Shown here piece after piece: positions 31,486 through 40,564 of a stretch of 64,000 bases of DNA. The notes beneath the pieces were generated by a model that did not search any database, was not told where the DNA came from, and saw nothing but the letters and a program-made list of their open reading frames with translations. Where the stretch lies: the NCBI GenBank assembly GCA_963745025.1, contig CAVUWD010000010.1, positions 64,001 to 128,000 of the forward strand. The letters run 5' to 3'. The position numbers and the translations under genes are program-made. This DNA comes from an uncultured delta proteobacterium (GTDB lineage Bacteria; Desulfobacterota; Binatia; JACPRU01). Numbering within the stretch: position 1 is the stretch's first letter; every line of letters starts with the position of its first letter.

Positions 31486-32240
31486 CGCTTCCTCCTCGGA
31501 CGGCGCGTTACCGCTTTGCGGCGCCGGGTCTCGCCGCGGCTCCGCGCGGCGCGCTTCGGCGCGCGAGCGGCGGGCTCGAGATAGCTCTCCCAGAGGTCGA
31601 CGTAGACCTTGCCCCTGCCCTCCGCGTCAGGTCCCCAGAGATCCGCTGCTTCGAAGCCGACGGTGTAGAGAACCCTTGGGCTTTCGCCGCCCCCGTGGGC
31701 ATGGGCGTCGGGGAACACGAATCGCTCGTGAACCTGCTCGATCGTGCCCGTCGCGCCACGCACGTAACGGGGACAACGGGTGTGACCGTGCGGGTTCATG
31801 CGGCGCACGAGAACGCGTGCCCCGCTCGCAAAGCGAGCGCGCCCCTTGCCGCGTGAGGTTGGCGCGCCCGTGCGAATCGCCTGGGCGAGACGCTGCGCGA
31901 GCGCCGGATCGGAGCGTTCGGGAACCGCGGGCGGCGCGGCGGACGCGAACTCGCGTACCTTTGCCTCGATCTCGGCTGCGGACAGCCGGCCCTTTTCGAC
32001 GAGCATGCGCTCGAGGCCCGCGAGCCAGTGCTCGTAGTACGGCGAGCCTAGATAGTGCGCGGGGCTCATGCGCTCGATCGAGTGTCGGATCTCGTCGATG
32101 TTGTAGAGACCCTGTCCCATGGTGGCGAGGAACATGCCGAAGACGCGCCGTTCCCACGTCTGGTGAAAAAGCGGTTCGTTCTTCTCGCGCACCACCGGAC
32201 CGAAACCGTCCATGCCGCCGAGATCGTGGATGCTGTTCAT
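31482..32240 (-). CDS. nthB: nitrile hydratase beta subunit
   Basis: [38 protein letters not shown]. Confidence 0.96.
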   Translation of the reverse strand: MNSIHDLGGMDGFGPVVREKNEPLFHQTWERRVFGMFLATMGQGLYNIDEIRHSIERMSPAHYLGSPYYEHWLAGLERMLVEKGRLSAAEIEAKVREFASAAPPAVPERSDPALAQRLAQAIRTGAPTSRGKGRARFASGARVLVRRMNPHGHTRCPRYVRGATGTIEQVHERFVFPDAHAHGGGESPRVLYTVGFEAADLWGPDAEGRGKVYVDLWESYLEPAARAPKRAARSRGETRRRKAVTRRPRRKR

Positions 32241-32384
32241 AGCGTGAGCGTCTTAGCACAACGGCCGTCGGCGAACAGCCGTTTTCGGTTATCGCGAAGA
32301 TGCCGCGAAGATGTCGCGATGTCTTTTGCCGAAGACCGAGAGCTGATAGCCGGGAGCCGAAGGATAGCCGAAGGAGGTCCCGCT

Positions 32385-34130
32385 ATGGCCCAGATCGACG
32401 GCGGAGAGATGCTCGTCCGAGTGCTCGAAAGCGCAGGGGTCGGGGAGCTGTTCACGCTCCACGGCGGCCACCTCGACGCAATCTATCAGGCCGCTCGGAA
32501 TCACGGCTTGCGGCTCGTCGACACCCGCCACGAGCAGGCGGCCGGGCACGCCGCCGATGGCTGGGCGCGGACCACGGGCCGAATCGGCGTGGCGATCGTG
32601 ACCGCCGGGCCGGGCGTGACCGACGTCGTCACCGCCGTCGCCAACGCCTACCTCGACTGCGTGCCGACGCTCTTCGTCGGAGGCGCCGCGCCGCTCGCCG
32701 ATGCCGAGACCCTCCCCTTGCAGGGTGGATTCGACCAGCTCGATCTGCTGCGCCCCGTCACCAAGTGGGCGCATCGCGTGACCCACCCGCACCGCATCCC
32801 CGACCTGGTCGCGCAAGCGCTGCGCACGGCCTCGACGGGCCGGCCCGGTCCCGTCTACCTCGAGATCCCGATCGACGTTCTGTTCGCGCGCATCGACGAG
32901 TCACGACCGTTCTTTCCGCGAACCGTCCGCCCGGACGCCGCTCCCGCCCCCGCACCGGAGGCAGTCGAACGCGCGATCGAAAAGCTGCGCGCCGCCGAGC
33001 GTCCGGCGATCCTCGCCGGTGGCGGCGCCTGGTTTTCCGGAGCCACGGCCGAGCTCGTCGCCTTTGCCGAGCGGACGGGGATCCCCGTGTTCGTCAACGC
33101 CAAAGCCCGCGGTATGATCGCGGACGACCATCCTCTGGCGGGCCGGAGCTTCGCCAATCTCGGCGTCGCCGCCGGGCTCGCGGGCGGCGGGCCGGACGTG
33201 GCGATGCTCGTCGGCGCGCGGCTCGGGCTCTTCACCGGCGGACGGAGCGGCGAGCTTCTCGGCGGCGCTCGCCTCATCCAGGTCGACATCGCGGGCGAAG
33301 AGATCGGGCGCAATCGTGACGTCGACGTGGCGATCGTCGCTGATTGCCGCGAGGCGCTGCGGGCGCTCGAGGCCGCGGCGAGCGCCGATCGGTGGCCGGA
33401 GCGAAGCGCGTGGCGGCGCTTCGTCGTCGAGGCCCGCGATCTTCACCGGCAGATGTTCCGCGACGCGAGCACGAAGGATTCGCCGCCGATTCATCCGTAT
33501 CGCCTGGCGGAGGCGGTCGCGCGAGCCGTCGAGCGCGACGCCGTCCTCGTGGCCGACGGTGGCGAGACCTCGTCGTGGCTCGACATGGTGGCAGAAGTGC
33601 GCGGTGGCGGCCACTGGCTCTCGCACGGTTATCTCGGCTGTCTCGGAACTGGAATGCCGTTCGCGATCGCCGCCAAGCTCGCGCATCCCGGCCGGCAGGT
33701 TGTGTGTGTCACGGGAGACGGCTCGGTCGGGCTCAACTTCGCCGAGTTCGACACCATGGTGCGTCACCGGCTGGCGATCACCACGGTCGTCAACAACGAC
33801 CAGCAGTGGGGTATGTCGGCGCACGGCCAGCAGTTGATCTACGGGAAAGAGCGGAAGGTGGTGACCGAGCTCGGCCCCACTCGCTACGATCTGGCCGCGG
33901 CGGGCTTCGGTTGCCACGCCGAGCACGTCGAGGAGCCGCGCGATCTCATGCCGGCGCTCGAGCGCGCGCTCGGGAACGGAAGGCCGGCGTGCGTCAACGT
34001 GATGACCGATCCCGACGCGATCGCGCCGATCACGCTCGCGATGTACGCCGCCTTCATGCCGTCCGACGAGCGGAAGGAGACGAAGGGCGACCGCGTGGCG
34101 ATGCCGTACTACGGTGAAGGAGACACGTGA
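32385..34130 (+). CDS. ThDP-dependent enzyme, benzaldehyde lyase / 2-hydroxyacyl-CoA lyase-like
   Basis: GGAGG RBS; DTRHEQAAGHAADG, TAGPG, HGYLGCLG and ThDP motif GDGS...NND; overall resemblance to BAL-type lyases. Confidence 0.88.
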   Translation: MAQIDGGEMLVRVLESAGVGELFTLHGGHLDAIYQAARNHGLRLVDTRHEQAAGHAADGWARTTGRIGVAIVTAGPGVTDVVTAVANAYLDCVPTLFVGGAAPLADAETLPLQGGFDQLDLLRPVTKWAHRVTHPHRIPDLVAQALRTASTGRPGPVYLEIPIDVLFARIDESRPFFPRTVRPDAAPAPAPEAVERAIEKLRAAERPAILAGGGAWFSGATAELVAFAERTGIPVFVNAKARGMIADDHPLAGRSFANLGVAAGLAGGGPDVAMLVGARLGLFTGGRSGELLGGARLIQVDIAGEEIGRNRDVDVAIVADCREALRALEAAASADRWPERSAWRRFVVEARDLHRQMFRDASTKDSPPIHPYRLAEAVARAVERDAVLVADGGETSSWLDMVAEVRGGGHWLSHGYLGCLGTGMPFAIAAKLAHPGRQVVCVTGDGSVGLNFAEFDTMVRHRLAITTVVNNDQQWGMSAHGQQLIYGKERKVVTELGPTRYDLAAAGFGCHAEHVEEPRDLMPALERALGNGRPACVNVMTDPDAIAPITLAMYAAFMPSDERKETKGDRVAMPYYGEGDT

Positions 34131-34197
34131 GGGGGACCGTCGCGCCGAAGCGCCTGGGCCCTGGTCGCGCAGAGCGCGATCTGTGCCCGAGCGTTCG

Positions 34198-34587
34198 TCA
34201 TCGGCGGAGAGAGCGGATGAAGGCGACGAGATCGGAGATCTTGTCCGCGGCGAGGCGATCTTCGTAAGCCGGCATCAACGTCGATTTTCCCACCGCCTTC
34301 CCTCCCTCCCGGATCACCCGTGCGATCTGCTCATCCGGCCAATTCTCCATGACCCCGGAATCGGTGAAGTCGATCGGACGGTCTGCGCCCCTGACCATCG
34401 CGAGCAGGCGGATGCCCATTCCTCCGCCCCTGCCATCGCGGCCGTGGCAGCCGGCGCAACGGTCGGCGAAGAGCACCGCTCCCGCCGAGGCATCTTCCCC
34501 GGCCGCTTCGCCGCGGACCGCGGGCAGCGAGAGCACCGCGGCGGCGATCACCACTCGAGCCACGAAGCGATTGACGGCACTGCTCAC
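34198..34587 (-). CDS. monoheme c-type cytochrome
   Basis: Signal peptide, CAGCH, distal Met in LMPAY; start overlaps the YceI stop codon. Confidence 0.88.
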   Translation of the reverse strand: MSSAVNRFVARVVIAAAVLSLPAVRGEAAGEDASAGAVLFADRCAGCHGRDGRGGGMGIRLLAMVRGADRPIDFTDSGVMENWPDEQIARVIREGGKAVGKSTLMPAYEDRLAADKISDLVAFIRSLRR

Positions 34588-35363
34588 GATTTCCCCTCCT
34601 CTGCTGCGAGACTGTATCGCAGACCGCTCCCGTTGGTCGCGATCCCGTCTCCGGTCGAAGCATCCTGCCGAGCTGGGAGACTAGGTCGCAGATCGCTCCC
34701 GTTGGTCGCGATCTCATCTTCGATCGAAGCATCCTGCCGAGCTAGCCCCGCGTGCGTGCCGGGGGCGAGTTGGCCGACTCCGCTGACCTCGATCGCTACT
34801 TCTTTGGCGACCCGAAGGATCAGTAGGCTCGGGTCCTTCAGGCCCCAGGCGACGTATGGCACGAGGAAGTGCGTCGTGAAGGTGACTTGGTCGCCGATCA
34901 GACGGGCAACGACCGGAAGCGCGATCTCGTGCTCGGTTCCGTGCAGCGCGAGCAGGCCGTGCACCGCCAAGTGAATCTCGTCTGCCGCGGAGTCGAGCCG
35001 CTCGAAGCGTTGCGGGGTGAAGCGAATCTCCGGGTAACGGCTCGACTCGAGGACGTCGTTGCGCATCGCCGTGTCGCGGCTGTCGTTGCCGCTTCTCCCG
35101 CTCGCGGCATCGACGACGATGAGGCCCTCGGCTTTCCCCGTCGCCGGGTCGAGCCGGATGGTTCCGTGCTTGAGCGCGAACCCGCCCTCGACCGTGTGCA
35201 GCGCCCCGCGCAGCGTGAAGGCGACGCGCGTCGCGGCGGAATCGAGCTCGACCACCGCCGGCATCGCATCCGTCCCTGTCGCTTGCCCGCTGCAAAGCAG
35301 GAGCGTTGCCGCGAGCAGCGCCGGTCCCGCGATTCGCACGAAACGTCGCACCATCGGCGGCAT
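34584..35363 (-). CDS. YceI-family lipid/polyisoprenoid-binding periplasmic protein
   Basis: Signal peptide; FTLRGALHTVEGGF, SGNDSRD..MR..VLES.RYPEIRF, G.LALHG. The start is inferred inside the longer track ORF. Confidence 0.85.
   Translation of the reverse strand: MPPMVRRFVRIAGPALLAATLLLCSGQATGTDAMPAVVELDSAATRVAFTLRGALHTVEGGFALKHGTIRLDPATGKAEGLIVVDAASGRSGNDSRDTAMRNDVLESSRYPEIRFTPQRFERLDSAADEIHLAVHGLLALHGTEHEIALPVVARLIGDQVTFTTHFLVPYVAWGLKDPSLLILRVAKEVAIEVSGVGQLAPGTHAGLARQDASIEDEIATNGSDLRPSLPARQDASTGDGIATNGSGLRYSLAAEEGKS
34608..34743. repeat. two imperfect tandem 69-bp repeats in the 3' end of the YceI gene
   Basis: Units 34608-34674 and 34677-34743; they encode ARQDASIEDEIATNGSDLR and ARQDASTGDGIATNGSGLR. 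Confidence 0.85.
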
Positions 35364-35371
35364 CGGGATCC

Positions 35372-36502
35372 TCAGACGGCGGCCGCATCGGCAGCGACGA
35401 GCTGCCATGCGAAGCCGGCGACCGCCTTCGCGCCGATCGCGGTCGGCGGGAGAGCGCCGACGTGAATCCCGAGCAGCCGATGGAACACCTCGGGCCGCGA
35501 CCGCAGCGCCGCCAGCGCGCGCCGGCGAACCCAAGCGATGTCGCTCATCAATAGCAGCAAGCTCGCCATCATCTTCGGCAGCCGGCCGATCCGGCGGTGC
35601 GCGTCTTGGTACGAACGGAGGTCGCTCGCCGCCAAGGCCTCGCCCAGCGCGACGGCCTGCTGGAATGCCATCGAGAGGCCTTCCCCGGTGATCGCATCGA
35701 CCGATCCGGAGGCGTCGCCGACGAGCGCGGCTCGATTGGCGACGACGGCTCGCAAGCGTAGCGTCGCCGAGACGCCGCCCCTGACCGAGGTCGTCGGTCG
35801 CGCGTCGCCGAGTCGCTCCGCGAGATCGGGAAACGACAGCGCGAGGCTCTCGAGACGCTTGACGGGAACGTCGCCGATCAACGCGACGCAGACTTCGTTC
35901 GCGCCGACGGGCGTTACGTACGCCTGGCAGCGGTTTCCCCAGTACACTTCCACGAAGTCGGTCCACGGGGTGACGCGGAAATGCTGTCGGACGCCGATCC
36001 GGCGTCGCGGAGCCCTCCGTGGGCCGACTCCCATCCGCGAGCGAATCCCCGACTGATGGCCATCCGCGCCGATCAGCCAGCGATAGCCGATGCGCCTTCC
36101 CCGGAGCTCGACCGCTCCCGTGCGATCGAATCGCACCGCTTCCCCCCAACAGGCTACGGCTCCGACGTCGAGCGCTCGCTCGAGCAAGCGGCGATGAAGA
36201 ACCGTGCGGCGGACGCCGACCGCCGGGATGCCGGGGAAGGCCGCTGCGGCGTGGAGATGACGATCGATGAAGCGGATCCCGTGGAACGGAAACACATCAT
36301 CGTCGCCGAACGCGACTCCGAGGCGCTCCAGTGCCGCAACGCCGTCGGGCATGAGCCCTTCGCCGCAGGCCTTGTCGATCGGAGGACGCGCACCGTCGGC
36401 GACGACCACGCTGAGCCCCCGCAGGCGAGCGGCGATGGCGGCGGCTAAGCCGGCCGGTCCTCCACCGACCACGAGGACGTCGATCTCGGCAGGAATTTCC
36501 AT
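35372..36502 (-). CDS. FAD-dependent oxidoreductase/monooxygenase
   Basis: DVLVVGGGPAG, DKACGEGL, IGADG, LVGDASG.VDAITGEG. Confidence 0.9.
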   Translation of the reverse strand: MEIPAEIDVLVVGGGPAGLAAAIAARLRGLSVVVADGARPPIDKACGEGLMPDGVAALERLGVAFGDDDVFPFHGIRFIDRHLHAAAAFPGIPAVGVRRTVLHRRLLERALDVGAVACWGEAVRFDRTGAVELRGRRIGYRWLIGADGHQSGIRSRMGVGPRRAPRRRIGVRQHFRVTPWTDFVEVYWGNRCQAYVTPVGANEVCVALIGDVPVKRLESLALSFPDLAERLGDARPTTSVRGGVSATLRLRAVVANRAALVGDASGSVDAITGEGLSMAFQQAVALGEALAASDLRSYQDAHRRIGRLPKMMASLLLLMSDIAWVRRRALAALRSRPEVFHRLLGIHVGALPPTAIGAKAVAGFAWQLVAADAAAV

Positions 36503-36507
36503 GAGCG

Positions 36508-37557
36508 TCACCACCGTACGAGCAGCAGCTCCGAGCAGAAGCCCGGACCGAGGGCGAGAAGAAGACCGAGCGTCCCCGGCGCCGGCCGCCGATCGAGCAT
36601 CACGTTCTCGAGCACGAGCAGGATCGAGGCGGACGAAAGGTTGCCGCAGCGGCGCAGGCAATTCCACGACGCCTCGAGATGTCGATTCGATATCCCGAGC
36701 GCATCCTGGATGGCTTCGAGCACTTTCGGGCCGCCGGTGTGGATGACCCAGCTGCCGACGTCGTCGCGCGTGAGACCTTGCGCCGCCAGGAACGAGTCCA
36801 CGTCCTCGGTGAGTCGCTCGCGAATCAGCTCCGGAAGCTTTGCCGACAACACGATCTCGAAGCCTCGCTCGGAGATCTTCCAACCCATGATCTCTTCCGA
36901 GTCGGGATAGAAGACGGAATGGGTCGCGAGAATCTCCGGCCCCTCCTGCGCGCGCTCGGACCCGGTGACGATGGCGGCGGCGGCTCCATCGGCGAAGAGG
37001 CCGCTGGCGATCAGATTCGCGCTCGAGAGGTCGTCGTGCCGGAGCGTCAGCGAGCAGACCTCGACGGCGAGAATGGCGGCGGCCTGACGCGGATAGGCGC
37101 GGGTATGGTCTGCGGCGCGCGTCACGCCGACTGCGCCGCCCACGCAGCCGAGCCCGAAGATCGGCGTCCGCTTGATGTCCGAGCGGAGCTTCATCCGGTT
37201 GATGAGGCGCGCGTCCAGCGACGGGCTGGCGACCCCGGTGATCGAGACCACGTAGAGCGCGTCGAGCTCACTCCGCGCGAGTCCGGCGCGCCGGCAAGCG
37301 GCGTCGAGAGCACGGGCTCCAAGAGCCTCGGCGACCTCGAGCCAAGCGGAATTCGTCTGACCCCAGGTCTCGAATTCCGGATATCGCTCGAGCGGCAGGG
37401 CGAGGTGTCGATACTGGACCCCGGCGCGAGAATGGAATCGGTCGAGCAGATCGGGCTTCTCCAGCCGATCCTGCCAATGGTGCTTCAGCGCAGCCGTGAT
37501 GAGGCTTTGGTGGTACCGATGCTCGGGCAGGGCGCTCGCCACGGCGGCGATTCTCAT
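36508..37557 (-). CDS. type III polyketide synthase
   Basis: Catalytic triad Cys (GLGCVGG), His (IHTGG), Asn (GNLSSAS); C-terminal GPGF. Confidence 0.95.
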   Translation of the reverse strand: MRIAAVASALPEHRYHQSLITAALKHHWQDRLEKPDLLDRFHSRAGVQYRHLALPLERYPEFETWGQTNSAWLEVAEALGARALDAACRRAGLARSELDALYVVSITGVASPSLDARLINRMKLRSDIKRTPIFGLGCVGGAVGVTRAADHTRAYPRQAAAILAVEVCSLTLRHDDLSSANLIASGLFADGAAAAIVTGSERAQEGPEILATHSVFYPDSEEIMGWKISERGFEIVLSAKLPELIRERLTEDVDSFLAAQGLTRDDVGSWVIHTGGPKVLEAIQDALGISNRHLEASWNCLRRCGNLSSASILLVLENVMLDRRPAPGTLGLLLALGPGFCSELLLVRW

Positions 37558-37578
37558 GGGCGTACCGTTCCCGTCCGC

Positions 37579-38940
37579 TCAGATCTTCATCACCCGCCGG
37601 GCCAGACCGAGGGCTTCGGTCCAGAAGCTCGAGGAGGTGTGAATCAATTCAAACACGGCATGGACCGCGGTCACGAATCGCTCGATCTGCTCCTCCGCGA
37701 CCATCAACGGGGGCGTGACCTTCAGCACCATGAAATCGTTGCCGCAGATCTGGCTGAGGATTCCGTGGTCGCGGAAGAGCCTCATCACCACGACCTGGCC
37801 GAACATGGCGGGATGGGTCCTTGCGAAGGCCTCGAAGGGCAGCCTCAGGCGAAAGCGCCGGGGTGCCTTGAACTCGATGCCGCAGAAGAGACCGAGGCCG
37901 CGCACCTCTCCGAACATCTCGTAGCCGCAGAGCCGCTCGACGAGCCGCGCGCGCAATCGTTCGCCGCTCTCCGCGGCTCGCCGCCCGAGCTGCTCGTGCT
38001 CGAGCACGTCGAGCGTCGCCAATCCCGCCCGCATCGCCAGGCTGTTCTCGCTGTACGTCGAGGTATGGACGAACGCGCGCTTCAGCGAGTCGTAGACCGA
38101 ATCGCCGACGGCGTCCGTCATCAACACCGCTGCGCTCGGCACTAGCCCTCCGCTCAAGGCTTTGGCGAGCACGACCATGTCGGGCTCGACGCCGAAGTGA
38201 TGGGCAGCGAGGAACGGGCCCGTGCGGTAGAGGCCCGTCTGCACCTCGTCGAGCACGAAGAGCGTCCCGAACCGGCGGCAGAGAGCCTCGGCCCGGCGCA
38301 AGTATTCGCTCGGGGCGATGCGGATTCCGCTTTCGCCCTGCACCGGCTCGACGACGAAGGCGGCGAACCGCCGGGTCGAGAGCTGGTGCTCGAGCTCCGC
38401 CAGGCGTCCGAAGGGAACCGACTCGGTGTCGGGCAGTAGGGCGCCGAAGCCTTGGGTCCAAAACGGGTTCGACATCAACGACAGCGCGCCGCAGGTGAGC
38501 CCGTGGAAGCCGCCGTCGGCGTAGAGCATGCCGGGTCGGCCGGTGTGGGCGCGCGCGAACTTGATGACCGCCTCGATCCCTTCGCTGCCCGAGCTGGCGA
38601 AGAATGCTCGGCCGAGCCGTCCTCCGGCCGACGCGCAAAGCCGTGCGGCGAGCTCGCCGGCGAGCTCGGAAACGTGGCTCTGCAGCATGGCGGGCCCCTG
38701 GCGGTCGAGTTCGTCCTTGATCGCGGCGATCACGCTCGGGTGGTTGTGGCCGACGTTGTGGACGCAGTAGCCGGAGAGAAAGTCGAGCAGTTGCCGTCCG
38801 TCGGCGGTGTGGAGCTCCGCGCCGCTGCAGCGCACGTATTCGACGTTCATCTGCAGCACGTTCAGCAATCGCACCCACTGGGGGTTGACGTGTCGCTCGT
38901 AGAGCCTGCCGCGATCTTCGGGGATTTTGTACTTGAGCAT
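37579..38940 (-). CDS. class III PLP aminotransferase (HpnO-like)
   Basis: LDFLSGY..NVGHNHP, GFHGLT, EPVQGE, DEVQTG, PLP Lys in LAKALSGG. Confidence 0.9.
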   Translation of the reverse strand: MLKYKIPEDRGRLYERHVNPQWVRLLNVLQMNVEYVRCSGAELHTADGRQLLDFLSGYCVHNVGHNHPSVIAAIKDELDRQGPAMLQSHVSELAGELAARLCASAGGRLGRAFFASSGSEGIEAVIKFARAHTGRPGMLYADGGFHGLTCGALSLMSNPFWTQGFGALLPDTESVPFGRLAELEHQLSTRRFAAFVVEPVQGESGIRIAPSEYLRRAEALCRRFGTLFVLDEVQTGLYRTGPFLAAHHFGVEPDMVVLAKALSGGLVPSAAVLMTDAVGDSVYDSLKRAFVHTSTYSENSLAMRAGLATLDVLEHEQLGRRAAESGERLRARLVERLCGYEMFGEVRGLGLFCGIEFKAPRRFRLRLPFEAFARTHPAMFGQVVVMRLFRDHGILSQICGNDFMVLKVTPPLMVAEEQIERFVTAVHAVFELIHTSSSFWTEALGLARRVMKI

Positions 38941-38984
38941 GGAAAGCCTTTGCGCGCCTCGCGGGCTAAACCTAGTAGACCTAG

Positions 38985-39000
38985 TGCAATCACCGAGCCA
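38985..39000 (-). promoter_or_regulatory. sigma54 (-24/-12) promoter for the aminotransferase-PKS operon
   Basis: Minus strand reads TGGCTCG-GTGA-TTGCA, near-consensus, 44 nt upstream of the ATG. Confidence 0.8.
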
Positions 39001-39064
39001 GCAGCGCTCGCCGGCAACGCGGCCGTATTCCCGGCGCGACCGAAGCAACGACCGTGGTCGACGT

Positions 39065-39192
39065 TGCCGAACCCGACAGGCGCTTGCCGAGATCGGCAGA
39101 AACACGCTCGGGCGCTCTCCGCGCTCGGCTGGTCCGGTTGACCTTGAAGGTTAGTGCCTGCGGAAATCGGCAGGACGGTGCCGAAATCGGCA
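39065..39192. promoter_or_regulatory. four palindromic enhancer-like (bEBP) sites, consensus TGCCGA-NN-TCGGCA
   Basis: TGCCGAACCCGACA at 39065, TGCCGAGATCGGCA at 39085, TGCGGAAATCGGCA at 39159, TGCCGAAATCGGCA at 39179: two pairs with 20-bp spacing, upstream of the sigma54 promoter. Confidence 0.75.
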
Positions 39193-39226
39193 GACTTCAC
39201 AGACCGGCGAGGACCGCGAGAGGCGG

Positions 39227-40564
39227 CTACAAGCCGTGCTTCTTGAGCTTGGTCCAAAGCGTGCGCTCGCCGATCCCGAGGAGCGCCGCGGCCGCGGTCT
39301 TGTTGTCCTTGGTTTCCATGAGCGCGCGCAGAATGATCCTACGCTCGGTCTCGGCGACGGCGCGTTCGAGATTCAAGTCCGCCGGACCGGCGAGGACTTC
39401 CTCGGGGAGCAGCGAGCGAACGAGACTCTGCGGAATCTCGCCCCGCGCGGCGAGGACTGCGGCCCGCTCCATGACGTTGCGGAGCTCTCGCACGTTGCCC
39501 GGCCAGCTATAGCGCCCGAGCGCCTGCAGCGCCTCGTCCGCGACGTGGAGGGGCGGCTTGCCGAGCTCCTTCGAGAATTGGGCGAGAAAGGCGTTGGCGA
39601 GGTCTCCGATGTCCTCCTTCCGTTCGCGCAACGGCGGGAGGTGCAGATGGAACACGTTCAGGCGGTAGAAGAGATCCTCGCGGAACGTGCCGTCGCGAAT
39701 CACGCTGCGCAAATCGCGGTTGGTCGACGAGACGATCCGCACGTCGACCGTGACGCGCCGGTTGGAGCCGACCGGCTCGATCACGCCCTCCTGCAGGACC
39801 CGTAGCAGCTTCGCTTGCAGCGGGTACGCCATGTCGCCGATCTCGTCGAGGAAGAGAGTTCCCTCGTCCGCCATCTTGAACTTGCCGACGCGCTCGGCGT
39901 GCGCGCCGGTGAATGCTCCACGCGCGTGCCCGAAGAGCTCGCTTTCGAGCAGATCCGCCGGAATCGCCGTGCAGTTGAGCGGCACGAAGAGCTTCGCGGC
40001 GCGCGGGCTGAGATCGTGGATCGCTCGCGCGACGAGCTCCTTGCCGGTACCCGTCTCGCCGGTAATCAGCACCGCGCTCTTGGTGGGTGCCACTTGCCGG
40101 ACGAGATCGTAGACCGGCTGCATCGCCGGCGACTCGCCGATGAGGTTCGCGATCGCCGCGCCGCTCGACTGCTCGCGGTAGAAGCGGTTCTCCAGCTGAT
40201 AGCGCGACACGTCGAGCGCTTTGCGGATGACGATCTCCAGCGCGGCTCGGTCGAAGGGCTTCAGAACGAAATCGAAGGCGCCGAGCTTCATCGCCTCGAT
40301 CGCGGTGGAGATCGTCCCGAATGCCGTGAGAATGATGACCGGCACGTCGGGATCGATCGCGCGTAGCTCGCGGAGCAGCGCGAGGCCGTCCATCGGCGCC
40401 ATCTTGAGATCGCTGAGCACCAGATCGATCTGCTCGCTCCGGAAGATCGCGAGCGCCTGCTCCCCTCCCTCGGCGGCGCTCGACTCGAGGCCGATCTTCT
40501 CGATCAGGATCTGCAGCACGCGCCGCATGCGCTGCTCGTCGTCGACGACGAGGACTCGCTTCAT
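39227..40564 (-). CDS. sigma54-dependent NtrC-family response regulator
   Basis: REC domain (VVDDE, DLKM), GETGTGKE, GAFTGA, FLDEIGD, WPGNVREL, Fis-type HTH. Confidence 0.96.
   Translation of the reverse strand: MKRVLVVDDEQRMRRVLQILIEKIGLESSAAEGGEQALAIFRSEQIDLVLSDLKMAPMDGLALLRELRAIDPDVPVIILTAFGTISTAIEAMKLGAFDFVLKPFDRAALEIVIRKALDVSRYQLENRFYREQSSGAAIANLIGESPAMQPVYDLVRQVAPTKSAVLITGETGTGKELVARAIHDLSPRAAKLFVPLNCTAIPADLLESELFGHARGAFTGAHAERVGKFKMADEGTLFLDEIGDMAYPLQAKLLRVLQEGVIEPVGSNRRVTVDVRIVSSTNRDLRSVIRDGTFREDLFYRLNVFHLHLPPLRERKEDIGDLANAFLAQFSKELGKPPLHVADEALQALGRYSWPGNVRELRNVMERAAVLAARGEIPQSLVRSLLPEEVLAGPADLNLERAVAETERRIILRALMETKDNKTAAAALLGIGERTLWTKLKKHGL

Noticed and set aside
39065-39192. Short repeats as a CRISPR array
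   Set aside because: Units are 14 bp with irregular spacing, there are no cas genes, and the position fits enhancer sites.
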